Shown here piece after piece: positions 1-12,266 of a DNA stretch of 64,000 nt; the first letter of the stretch is position 1; every line of letters starts with the position of its first letter. Both the position numbers and the translations under genes were made by a program. The notes beneath the pieces were generated by a model that had not been told where the DNA came from, did no database searches, and saw only the letters and a program-made list of their open reading frames with translations. The stretch comes from Tricharina praecox. Its lineage: Eukaryota. The stretch spans positions 248,001 to 312,000 of the forward strand of contig NW_026250436.1 in the NCBI RefSeq assembly GCF_024521635.1, given 5' to 3'.

Positions 1-211
1 TTCCCAGAATATCGCACAATCCCATTTAAAGCAAACAAGCAGACATACGAGCAGTGAGCACACGCACAAGCACAAGCACAAGCACAAGCACAAGCATTAC
101 AACAACGACCAAGCCAAAGCAAAACAAAACAATCGCTGACGCAAAGAAGAAAAACGCCACTCTCAATTGCCAGTCCTCGTCCAAAGCCCAAGCATCTACT
201 GCTACGGAACT

Positions 212-1862
212 CTAGTAATCGAACCGATCGGGAAACAACCACGGGGCAACAAGGGTCCAGATGTAGATCGCATAGCAGACCCAGGCGGAGATGATCTTGA
301 CCCAGGAGGCAGCATAAGTTCTTCCGACGGGAGTGAAGCCCTCCTCGTCGCCCTTTCCAGGCTCGATGCTCATCGTGAGCAGTGTCGCGGTCCAAGCGGT
401 CGCGAGAACAAAGATGATGTGGAAGAACGAGTACGAGTACTGCGTGCCGCCCTTTTCGTCGTCGCCGGAGCGGCTGTTGTTGTCATCCTCGTCGTCGGTG
501 TCCTCGTCGAGGGCGGAGGCGGGGAGCGCACCGGACTCGACGGCGGAGCGAAGCGCTTCCTGCCGCATCTGCGCGCGCGTCGGCTCCGTCGAGATGAGGC
601 TGTGTTCGTTGTCGCCGGCGTCGAGCGCTGAGTAGCCGCCGTTGGATGGAGACGAGGATCGGCCGAGGGCGGGGGCTTGGGTCGCGGCGCGGGTGGTCGT
701 GTAGGCGATCGTGAGGAGGGTTACGATTGCGCCGAGGACGATGGAGGCGGTGCGGGTGCCGCGCGCACGGAGGAGCGGGTTGCACTGGCGGTCGTCGGGT
801 TCCATCGACACGGCGGACATGGTGAGGTAGGAGCAGTAGACTGCGACCATGGCCGACTGAGCCAGCCCAGCGGTGGGGTTGTATTCCTGGATCGTCGGGT
901 GGACCGAGATGAACGAGACGATCAGGAAGAGGAGGAGGTTGACGGTGATGGCGGCCTGGTTCATCTTGCATCCTTCGCCGGCGAAGAAGACGTACATCAC
1001 TATCGTCAGCACGAAACCACCCATGTACATTCCCAGCGTGCTGCCGATCAGGATGCCGCGCCAGATGCGCGAATCGTCGTTCTCCATGATCTTAGCCAAG
1101 CACGTCTCAGCCCAGCTATGCGCCAGATCCACGAGCAGCACCAGACCGAGCAGCAAGAACAGCATAGCGCCGACCAGCGCAAAGTAGTTGCCCCAGACGA
1201 TAAAGAACTTCTCGGGGATCAAGAATGTGAGGACGATCAGCAGCAGCCACGCCATGATCTTCGGTCCCCAGTAACCATTCTGAATAGCCGCGCGACCACT
1301 CCTCGAGTTCCGAACGCCGAGGAGTAGAACCGCTAGAACCGAGTGGAAAACGCCGAGTGCGAAGTTGATGCGGTGTACCGAAACGAAGCCCCAGCACTGC
1401 TCGCCGAAACAGCTGATCGGAAGTGTGTCCAGCGTGAGGTGCTCGATCTTTTTGATCGCCCAGGGCGTGAGCATGATCCACGATAGGATACTGTTGACGA
1501 GGAACAACACTACAGAACGGCAGAGTCAGCGAAATCAGCGAAATCAGCGACGTGAGCCGTAAAGAATGGGGGCCGTACAGGCATAGGTGATTCTCGTAGC
1601 CATGCTATTCATCCACATGGTCAGCCCACAACTCTCCAACGTCCCCACCGCATCGCGATTCTACGCACCTGCCCTGACACTTCCCGCAAGCGCTACATAT
1701 GGCCGAACACGCTGCAGCGCCGCAACACGACGCGACGAACGAGCCAACCTGTGCACGTATAGTCGGTCAGTGGCGCTCCGAGATATCTTCCGTCGCAACC
1801 CGGGAACTAACAGTCGTGATACTGGGCACGGCCAGGAACGGAATGGAGAGCAAAGCCCCCAT
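212..1862 (-). CDS. TMS1: Serine incorporator (SERINC/TMS1) membrane protein, 4 exons
   Basis: Spliced: ATG 1862 MGALLSIPFLAVPSITT | VGSFVASCCGAAACSAICSACGKCQGS | MATRITYA | large exon to stop at 212. Has the family-typical Cys-rich N-terminus, VHRINFALGVFH, IQNGYWGPK, QYSYSFFH and WTLVAPWLFPDRF. Confidence 0.95.
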
Positions 1863-2669
1863 TTTGTTTTCGGTACTTCAAAGGCTTCTTTCTGGGTGCG
1901 TAGTAGTTGGAGGTTGGTGATCCGATGCGGTGGTTTGTGGAGAGACGGTTGGTTCGTTTGTGGATCTCAAGTGTGTTATGCGCGCGATGCAGGAAGCCGG
2001 ATAGGTCCTCCACTGACTAGAGTATTCTAGCTGGGCGCAGCAGGCTGACGTCTTCCTCCCGGCGGGTAACTGCTCTAACGTTGCCAAGCCAAATTCCGGT
2101 TCTCGTTGGCTGACGGAGTGCGCTCGGGATCGGATGCGTTCCACAACTCGACTGCGCTGGCTCCGTACGGCAGAGAGGATGGGCAATTTTGATCGATGGA
2201 TCACTCGTGGGCAAGACGGCTTTCCTGTATCTACTGGAAGTGGCGGCGGCACCCAAACACCTACCGGCACGGTGGCTACCCGCCCTCGTAGCGCTGCGCT
2301 CTAGCATGTTTCAGCACCCACGAAGCAAAGGTAACCATCAGATGTCAATGCTTCAACACGACGTCACGCCTATACATACCGTAAGGCAACGGGCCCATAA
2401 TGTCGTAAGCCAAACTTAAACAACGCCCGGGCCAGGCAACTCTTCTGTCGACCTCCCCTCTTCTTGCCCCTCCCCCCCTCTCTCCACTTCACTGCCCCAC
2501 CCACGTACTTCGCAACACCATCACGAACCCGTGCACCGGTCAAAAGAAAAAGAAGCCTTGATAAATCCCGTTCCCTGCCGCCATCGCCGCCGCCGCACAT
2601 CGGATATCTGCGAAAAATTTACAGTACACAAACACCACGTCGTCCATCCAAGTTCCGACACGCACGCAT

Positions 2670-3366
2670 CTAGTAACCGTCCTTGCCGTACTTATTGAAC
2701 CTCTCATGGAGCTCCTATTTATCGCAATCGGTTAGCCACCGCCCCACTGAGCCCACCCTCTCCCCAGGGTTTACAATCAAATCCACATACCTTGGGAAGG
2801 GAAACATTCGGCACGATGACGGAGTGCAGCGCGCTCGGGGCGTCTTTGGGAGCGTTGGCGGGGTTGCCGTCGGGATGGTACTGGTACTTTCCGCTCTGCG
2901 AGGAGCCCTGCCAGGGCATGTTGGCGACCTTAATAGCGGTATCCTCAGAGGTGGCGGAGGTGGGCTTGCTTCCTGTCGTCGAGCGCATATCCATCAGCAC
3001 CAGCGATTACGAAAGATTTTTTTTTCTTCCTTCCCTCGACGACGGACAGAAGAGGGTCGGACGGATGCACGAACCGAAGTAGTAGCCGGCAACACCGAAG
3101 ATGCCAGACATCACCGCGGCGAGAACCTACACACACGGCGTCAGTGCTGGGCGCTCGATTTCAATGGGTTGTCCCCGCGGGTGGGTGGGTGGGTGGGGCG
3201 CAGGGCGTTGGGTTGGGTTCGTTGTTGGCCCGGTCCCTCCCCCCTCCCATCCTCCCACCACGGGTTATCGGATGTTGGGTCGTACGTAGAGTTCGGGATC
3301 GCGCTTTGCGCCCTGCTTCAGCGCAGCGGATCCAGCAGAGTTGCGGAGGATGAGAGATGGGTGCAT
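2670..3366 (-). CDS. Small (~119 aa) single-TM protein, NDUFA4/B12D-like, 4 exons
   Basis: Spliced: MHPSLILRNSAGSAALKQGAKRDPELY | VLAAVMSGIFGVAGYYFG | SKPTSATSE...APSALHSVIVPNVSLPK | ELHERFNKYGKDGY*. All introns GT-AG and frame-compatible. The family call comes only from the PELY+TM+K pattern. Confidence 0.8.
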
Positions 3367-3734
3367 GGTGATGATGTGAGTGTGGCGGAGTAAGTGAGGT
3401 TTGCTGAGTTGGATTGGGGGTGTTGAGTGGAGATGGGTCTTGCGGAGCAGGAGGAGGAGGAGAAAGGCGGAAGGGCGATGAAGTGGGTTAGCACGTCACA
3501 CCACTTCGCAGGTAACTAGAGTTGTTATCCGGGAAATCCCTGAAACAACCCTGGACGTGGCTTGTGCTACTGTGGCGGTGCACAAAACAAAGTTATATTT
3601 TCATCGGAGAAAAATAAGAAAGAAAAGAAAGATAAAAAGTCAGAATATTTGTAGATATTTCCCCCCCTCCCTGTGTACGCCCCAGATATGATACCAAACA
3701 CTCCCCTACCGCTGACAGAACCAAAACTTCATTT

Positions 3735-6563
3735 CTAACACCAAGTAAAAACTGGATTCCGACTCTTGACCGCCTCCAATCTCTCCGCAATCACCCGTCT
3801 CCGTGCACCCTCACTCCCCGTAACCGCCGAGTACCCCAGATCCCCCTCCACATCATCGTCGTTGTAGAGATTTGTTGGAAAGCCAAAAGTGTGTGATCCC
3901 CGTCTCGCGGGGCGGCCTACATCCCACGCTTTCCCGACGCGCCCTCCCCGGGTAACCATCCCCGAATCGTAGCTGACACGGCTGCGGTGGTTCGGACGTG
4001 GGTATCCGTGTGGCTCCGATTTTGTGCTCTGGGCGCCTGAGCGAATACCATTGCCATTACCATTGCTGTGACCGTGGAGCGAGGATGCTTCAGAATCTAC
4101 TTGTCCGTCGTCGCCGCGCTCCATGTCGAGGGACGACTGGGCGCGCGATATGCCAAGGCGTAAGGCACTGGGCAGCTGCGATCGCGGTGACATTGAGAGA
4201 CCGAGCAGATCGTGCTCGCGAGATGTTGGCGCAGACGAGACGACGTTGCCGATGTCCATCTCGTCCTCGTCGAGACCTCTCTCCAGATCCAACTCGTTGC
4301 GCCGTCGCTCCTCCGAGGATGGCATCCGCAGTGGCACGGCTATGGGTACCTCCATCTCGTCGTCCTACGGGGAATCTGTCAGTCACTACTCGGATAAGTG
4401 GAACGTGAACCCCTTACCCAAACATGCATTCTCGCACGCCGTGTCAGCTCCAGCGGACCTTGATCCATCGCCTTGAGGGTTTCAACCACATTGAACGCCT
4501 GTCCCTTCAGCACCGCCAGCTGTTTCTGAAACATCCTCTCTTTGAAATCGGCATCCTGCTCGAACAGTTTCCGCAAGAGCGTCTGTGTTTCCGACCACCA
4601 TTTTGTTGACGTGAGCAACGGTATGAAGTGATCTCTGGTTTTCTGCGAGAACGGCTGGCCGATGAGTGACACCGGGAGGAACAGCCATCCAAATGGAAAA
4701 CTCCGCCATTGATCCGGGTGCTTCCACGGAAATGCCAGGGAGTTGTCAATCGCACCAAGTCGAACATTGGCATTGGCCGGCTGCGGCGTGGAAGATCGTG
4801 ACGCCATCATCGGCTCCTGTACGCGATACGGCATAGGCGATGCCGTGCGCATCGTATTGGGGTCGGTGGAAGCAGGCCTCGCAAACGGCGTAGGTGCCGG
4901 CGCAGCGAGATTCAAATTCACCGGCCCAGACGTTACCGACACATCCCCGGTTTCATAATCGATCTTGATCATCCAGTTATCCAAGCCCCTGTCGGTGTTT
5001 CTCATGATGTAATCCAAAATCACCAGCTTCTCTAGCTCCTCACGGAAATTCTGCTTCAGCTGTTCGGTCCACACGAATCTGCGATTCGCGCTTCCATTTT
5101 CGGGTGCCCACGATGCGCCGTCATCGTCATCGGCACCATCGTTTTCCTCATCCCCACTGGGCCTGCACGCATAATTCCAAGGTGCCCGCCTCTTTGGTGC
5201 GGCATCGGTTCGGAAGCCAGTGTTGTATGGATCGGGCCACGGATGCTTCCTCAGGAATATGTTTGCATCTTTTGAACGAATGCCGTCAGCATACATCTCA
5301 TCATAATCATCATCACCATCATCACTGGATGTCAAAGGCAAAGGGCGCAATCACCTTGAAAACCCTGCAAGAATACCTGAAAACTGCCGACCTTCGGAGG
5401 CAACGGCTTATGTCTCCTGTAGAACGCCCTCCGGTCCCAGTAATCGTAGTGAAATGCCTTACTCGACAGATGTACAATGTCTGTGTACGGCACGAGATAT
5501 GTCTTGAGCTGCCTGTCGAGGAGACACGCGGCGGCTTCGGAGATATAACTCAAATTGGGTATCAAGCTGTTGCACGGATATTACATCAGTCTGGTATCAC
5601 AACAGCTGCTGTCCACACAAAGGGGGAATGGAAACTTACCAAGATCTACCGAAGAAACACGGAAAACTGCGGATTATTAGCGGCTGGTATTATGCAGCAC
5701 GAAAAACATATACCGAGAGAGGGCGCAGGAGACCTACAGCGTGCGATGTAACCACTGCGATCGTAAGTATTGATGCCTTTCAATAGTGATAGCAACGGTG
5801 ATGATTGGAAGGGAAGAAGTAATAGTGGGGGCAGCTTTACCTTCATCATCTTTGGATTCAACTTTCCGTACCTGCATGCACCGACGGGGGGCGCTTAGTT
5901 ACACGCGTGCACTAGGATAAGATAGGATAGGATGTTCCCGGGGGGATGGCGGGAAACCAGAGTCACGTACGGTTCCTCGTCCTTGGGCTTGAAGACAGCT
6001 ACTATCCTACCGTCACTGTCGCGCATGAAATAGCTGCCAGATGAGCCCTGTTTGATGAGCTTTGGATCTATCCCCTTGCTGATGGCGGTCCTGACGGATT
6101 CCACAGCCTGCTCGAACTGTTCCCGCGCAAGCTGCGCATCCTCAGTCACGTCCGACGGCTGGTGGTCGTGGTGGCTACTGTCGAAAGGAATATCACGAAA
6201 GCCCTCGGGGGGTACAAAGACCGAGTGCAAGATCTCGAGGGGCGGATGCTCATGAGGGCCACGATCCTTCTTGAACTTGAACTTGTTTGCAATCTGGTCG
6301 GCCCACTTCTCCAGCCGCGCATTGATCACCTTGATGTCGACAGTAGAGTTATTCCGATGGTGGTGGTGATGGCCGGAACTGGGCATGGAGCTGCTCAGGG
6401 CAGGGAGGAGGGTGGACGACGAACGCGGCTGGATCGGAACGTACCGTCCGGCCGCCTGGTGTTGAGCCACAAGGGAGCTCGACTCATCGTCGTCCGAATC
6501 CGACAGCTCCGCATCTTGCGCGATCCGCTCGTAGCCCGAGGTCGGTGGCCCCCTTCGCGGCAT
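3735..6563 (-). CDS. LSB6: Phosphatidylinositol 4-kinase type II (Lsb6-like), 7 exons including three micro-exons
   Basis: PKLIKQGSSGSYF...VFKPKDEEP | YGKLNPKMMK | WLHRTL | FPCFFGRSC | LIPNLSYISEAAA...KVGSFQVF | LDYIMRNTDRGLDNWM...AIDNSLAFPWKHP | ...NPVFTWC*. Confidence 0.95.
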
Positions 6564-6967
6564 TGCAAGACGTCGGGACGCGACTACTAGGACGCCGACA
6601 AACGGACGGGGGGAGGGTGTGGTGTGGGCGGAACGGCTCGTTCGTAGATCCGATATTCAGCGGGTTAACGACCGGGGGTGTGGGCCGAGTAGGAAGCGTA
6701 GGTTTTAGTGTCGTCTCGTCTCGGGGAAGGTTGGCGGTCCGGTGATGATTGGGGGAGGTCCTGATCCGAAGCTCTCGAATGAAGGTGGTGAGGTTTGGTT
6801 CCAAAACAAGGTGGTGCTCGGTCTGTGACATGTGCAGACTGACAGGGAGCTCGATCCAGAGCACACACTAACCTTTACGATGCATACGTCACCCCCGATA
6901 ATTGAAAGGGCAACTCTCCATCGGCACAGAGCATCACTCAGCACTCAACCTTAACCTGGGCTGAGAA

Positions 6968-7163
6968 CCGACTGTGCGGCAGTATACCGGCAGTTATTTT
7001 GAGGCATGAACATCGGTATCCGAGTGCACCCCGACCGTGCCAGGTAGTGTACCGGTAGTTGTTTGGCGGGGGGCATGAACATCAATCAGTATCCGGACGC
7101 ACCACCGACTGCGAAGGCAATGGAAAGGCGGTTCGACCCACGACTGTGAACGCGATGGAAAGG
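6968..7163. repeat. Degenerate tandem duplications upstream of LSB6
   Basis: Two ~65-bp units (CCGACYGTGC..TACCGGYAGTT..GGCATGAACATC..GTATCCG..GCACC), then two CGACTG..ATGGAAAGG units. Confidence 0.6.
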
Positions 7164-7771
7164 TATGTAGTTCCGGTTTACGTTGAATTAGGTTTCAGGA
7201 TTGCTCTCTGAGGACACTCTGGGCACTACCTAGGTAGTTGCAACCCCAGGCGAGACGCCCAGTTACCAGTATACTAGTAACCGCTGAAGCTGAGCTTTGT
7301 CTGGATGCCATCGCCGACTCTGGCCGCTGCAAGAAGCATACGTACCCGGGGATGAGCCTACCTAGCATGCGCTACTAGCAGTAGAGTGACTTTTGATTTC
7401 TCCACCTTCCTTGCAGCCTGGAATAGAGTCTTCACGATGTGCGTTCCATACCGGTACTCACCCTACCACGGTGTCGTACCACCGTCAACGGGCAATCCTA
7501 GCCGCGGCCATCGCCCTCTTCCGGTCCGAAGAACAGCTTGGGGAGGGCGATCCGCCGGAGATTTCGAGCATGTACGAAGGGTTCCGCATCGTGGCAGCAG
7601 CAGCGTCGGGAAGGGATTCTAAGCAAAGCCGGAGACAGTGCCCACCCCGTCTCACTCCAGTGACCCTTATGCACTTACTTATGCATAACTGCCACTCACG
7701 CCCGCCACAAGTGCGAGTGCAACCTCATCATTCACCGTTACACGGCTCTCGAGTCTCGAGTCTCGATGTCA

Positions 7772-7818
7772 TGTCGTGTGTCGTGTGTCGTGTGTCGTGT
7801 GTCGTGTGTCGTGTGTCG
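7772..7818. repeat. (GTCGTGT)n heptamer microsatellite
   Basis: Direct tandem repeat. Confidence 0.9.
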
Positions 7819-8951
7819 GATGGGAGCCGCAGCAGCAGCGACATCATGCCGTACTCGTACCTACATGATGATTGCAGAGCATACCGCCGATGTGTCGATA
7901 TGCACCGGACTCGATCCTCCCCCGCACATCACATCGCGTCGGCAAATTTCTTGCATGACAGCACCGATCCGATGGGGAAACATTGGCTACCGTACGTAAG
8001 TGCCTAAGGTAGGTACATACGGTAGGTGCTCTACTCGGGACGAGGATCGATCATCGGAGAGATCCTCCACATTATCAGGTACTCTGTCCTACTTGGTTGT
8101 CCGATAACCTCGTATCGAGAGCTCGTGCATTCTTCCATTCTTCCATCCTTCCTCCTTCTATCCATCCTTCCTTCTCTTTCGGACCTCCGTGGGTCCGCAA
8201 CAGTCTTGGACCATCCGTCAAAAATAGATCTGACATTATTGTCCTTCCTTCCCTCCTACACATCCGTGGACCGTTCTCGCCGCTCGGCAGAAGACACAAG
8301 GCCACAGCCACAGCCACAACCCCTTCAATACTCTACCTACTCTACTCGACTTAACTTCCGTTGCCTCCGAGCTCGCACAGTACGGAGTGCCTAGAAGCTT
8401 GCTTTTCCCCTTCTTCAAGCTCACCGCGCCGGCGCATGTTGCCGCCGAGTCCCGACAGACACCATATCCGAGAGGGAGAGAGGGAGAGAAAGAGAGCGAG
8501 AGAGAAAGCAAGAGCGCTCACGGCAATCGGTCCCTCTCCGGCTGGCCTGGTTTGCCTGGCTGACTGGACTCCACAGTGCCAGGGTAGTTTCATACCGAGG
8601 ATGCTATATACATCCGTTTATCGATTGCAGGGGGCGGGGGGACTCCGTTCGGTTTCGGGCGATTACCATAACTGCCTAACTAACCACTATCGCGTCGTTT
8701 GACTGGAATGAATCGTCGCAAGCACTCTAACTACCGTATATGTCGGTATAGGTACTCTACCTGGCGCGGGGTGCGGCGGCGGCGGGTGCGGCGGGTGTGT
8801 GAGGCAATCTGCTATCATACGGATTGACTAGGACTCTATGGTGCTAGGTGGAGAACTTGGCCGGTGTTCTGTCTAATCTACTCTGGACAGCTTCTTTTTT
8901 TCTTTCTTTATTCTTTCTTTCGCGCTCGTCTATATACCCCCCGGTCCGGTT

Positions 8952-9001
8952 GGAAGAAGAGGAAGAAGAGGAAGAAGAGGAAGAAGGGAAAGAAGAAGAA
9001 G
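8952..9001. repeat. (GAAGAAGAG)n purine-rich repeat
   Basis: Direct tandem repeat. Confidence 0.85.
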
Positions 9002-10880
9002 TCTAACAAGAGTAGGCACTCCACTCTAGTTATCGCCTTCTCTGACTTTCTGGGGAAGAAAACAAGTGGAGGGGGTGGGAGATTGGCGAACTGGGGGACT
9101 GGCGGACTGGGGGCGTCACGATTCAGCATTATCACCGACGCCAGCGGAACGAACCCCTCCGTTCAGTTCAGTCGGTAGCGACTTCCCTGAACTAGTGCGC
9201 ACGAAAGGGCCCCCTCCCCCCAACACCCTTCCATGCGTCTTCTGGAAGCCTAGCCATCGCCGCTTGGTGCGGTGCAAAAATGGGCATCGGTATGGCACAA
9301 CCACAACAGGACAGGGTGTCTGCCGTGAAACCCCCCTTCCTTCTTTCCTTCCTCTCCTTCTCTCCTTCCTCACAGGCGCTAAGTGGGACCCGATATCGGC
9401 GAATCTGAGTGTTCATCGACCAGGGAGGTCGGAGCAAGGAAAGGGCTTAGTTAGCTCGGGGGAGGGGGGGATCCATGGCAGCTGAGCAATGCGTGCGAGA
9501 GCCTGGGAGGCCGTCAAGCCGATTACCTATTTTATCAGGGGATGGGGGTGTGTGCTGTGGAATCTGGATGGATGGATGGATGGTGGATGGGAGGGGGTTC
9601 CGCCTCGGGCAATCTCTCGCTCCCTCCTTGAAGGACTGCAACAGGTGCAGCGCAGCGTCAGATAGCATCCTTTCCTCAGGATACGGTACTCTACTCTAGC
9701 TTTCGACAGGGAGTCGGCACTCGGTCGCATGCGAGCATTGCAACGGATAATTTACCGTCCATCGTCAGCAGCGGATGGGCTGTGTACGACCAACTAACCA
9801 CCTCTACTCGAATACCTAAGGACTTACCTACTCTATGCACTCTATGTACGAGCAGCTGCGATGTGTAGGCGGACGGTGGCTGGCTGCATTGCCGGCGGGC
9901 ACGCTCCAAATCATCGCCGAAGGTCATACAGTCCCACGGTCTCACAGTCCGCAGTCCACAGTCCAGAGTCCACAGTCCACGGCCCTACTTGCCACGGATA
10001 CGGTAGGAACGAGTTGCTCTGTGCTCGCAGGCAGACGGACAAAGAACAGGCAGACAGAGACACGGCCAGATCGACCGTCACGGATGGAAGCCAATCAGAC
10101 GGCAACCCATGGCGCACCGAGAAGGACATGCCTACCGGTGATGGAGTGTCGATTGGAGTATCGATTGGAGTAGGTATCGATTGGTGCGACAGTACCTGCT
10201 ACTTCTGCCGGAGCACATACGAAAGCTGGCCTTCTTTCCTTTCTCCTGCTCCGGCCTGGTGCTAAATCCTCTAGGCACCTGTCCTCCGCCGTACCTGACA
10301 GAGCTGTCATTCCATCGCCATCATACCTACTCACGTACCTAGTCCCATCGTCAGCGTCGTCAGGTTGCGTCAGGACGGTTTCGTCAGAGGTGAGGGGCGA
10401 GAGCGGGGAGGGGGTGCGTGTGTTTTTTGCTTTTCTTTTCCCTCTTTTTTCCTTTTTTCTTTTTTCCCTCTCTCTCTCTCTCTCTCCCGCCATCGAGTCT
10501 GTCGAGCGAGACGAAAAATATTCGGCGATATGTACCCAAGTATCCCTCCCAACGGGCGAGTCGGGTCGACAGACAGACCAACGGACAGTGTTAACAACGC
10601 ATGATGTCCTCCCGGCCATGGGAATGACCGTTATTGAGGGCCAGAACCGTGAAGCCCATCTCCAACTCTCCGTGGCCATATCCCCCCCACCCACCGTGAT
10701 TGCGCTGCTGATATCAGGCCGTTGCTTATCTCAAACACCCTACCAGGCTACCAGCTACTCTATGTACCAATCTATGTACTACCCTGAGTAAAGTGTTGAT
10801 TCAGCGCTGCTGCCACTGCCACTGCCACTGCCACTGCCAAAAGTACATACATACCCCCCGTAGAGCACCCGCGCGTCTCT

Positions 10881-11256
10881 CCGACTGGTGTATTCCCCAT
10901 GATTCATGCCAATAGTTAACCTCCATGTACTAGGTATACTATGTTAACGCATCGGAGGGCTCTACTCGGGAGGTTCCTGATCATAACGCCTCTCTGCTGT
11001 ATGGTGTGTTCCCCATGCTTTAGGCCAATAACCTCCATGTAGCGCATCGCGGGCTCAATGTACTATGGTACCTACATGCAGTACTTTGGAGGTTCCTAAT
11101 CATACGGATCATACACAATCATCTCACCACGTCCCTCCGACCGGTGTGTTCCCCATGATTCATGCCGATAACATAACCTCCATGTAACGCATCGGGGGCT
11201 CCTCTGTACCCAGTATACTCGGGAGGTTCCTGATCATACACAATCATCTCACCACG
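10881..11256. repeat. Three degenerate ~110-130 bp tandem copies upstream of areB
   Basis: Shared blocks GGTGT.TTCCCCATG, TAACCTCCATGTA, CGCATCG and GGAGGTTCCT.ATCATA at ~10881, ~11002 and ~11137. Confidence 0.85.
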
Positions 11257-11963
11257 CCCTCCACCCGCCGCCGCCCCCCCCTCCCCCGTCGCCGCCATTT
11301 CCACCGCCCACCCACCCACCCACCCCTTTCGATGGTCGTCTGTTGTCTGTCTGTGTCCCTTGCAACACTCCATCCCTCCAATAAGTACCGCGTAATCTCT
11401 TGAACCACCTCCATCAACTAGGTACCTAGATCCTGGTTTATCATCCCCCCCTCCCTCTCCCCACCCGGCCCCATCCATCCAAAGGTCGTTCTTCCACCTA
11501 TCTATCCAACTATCTGGCTATCCACCCACCTGTCTACCGGTCCCGCCTACTACCTACTATTTACTACCTACTACCTATTACTTACACACTTACTTGCCCA
11601 CTACTTCACCACTTGCCTCACCTGCCCGCGTGCTGCTGCTGTCGTGTCGTTGTCCATCTGTGCCTGGCTACTCTACCATACCGACCTATCTACTCGTCTG
11701 CCTGCCTGCCCTGCCTGCCTGTGCCTACTTGCCTGCGCCTGCCCTGACCGCCTGCCTGCCGCCTGCTTGTTTGCTTTTGCTCCGTTGTTGTCGCTGTCAC
11801 TTTTTTTTTCTTTCCCTCAAACACACGCCGGCCCCAGACATTCTCCTCCCCTTTTTCTACTTACTCTACTTACTCCCGCACACACTCTCGGCAACTCCTC
11901 TTATCGTCCGTGATCATCTCACCCGCTTTCATTCCAACCCCCCTCCTCCTCTTCTTCTTCCTA

Positions 11964-11978
11964 TTACTACTACTACTG

Positions 11979-12040
<62 letters not shown>
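11964..12040. repeat. (CTA)n trinucleotide microsatellite
   Basis: About 25 near-perfect units. Confidence 0.95.
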
Positions 12041-12041
<1 letters not shown>

Positions 12042-12266
12042 CTCCCACCACATTCTCCTCATACTCGAGTACCGCTATATCACACGCGTTCGAATTCCGT
12101 AGACTACTAAGCCAGAGTACTTGTCGCTCACTCACATATTATTGCCTATTATCTGCCGCCGGTCCCCCCCTCCCCCCCCCTTTGCAACTCTCCACCCCCG
12201 GAAGCTCCGAGGATTCGCATTCGATCTCTCTTCTCTCCCCTATCAAAGTAATCGATAATCGTCATC

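Noticed and set aside
167..1327. Long plus-strand ORFs antisense to TMS1 (similar cases over the ABC, GMC and pol genes)
   Set aside because: Shadow ORFs caused by GC-rich codon usage on the coding strand.
5272..5354. C-box-like TGATGA and D-box-like CTGA inside an LSB6 intron (possible snoRNA)
   Set aside because: Only ~40 nt apart, made of a (GAT)n repeat, and the CTGAC is the branch point.
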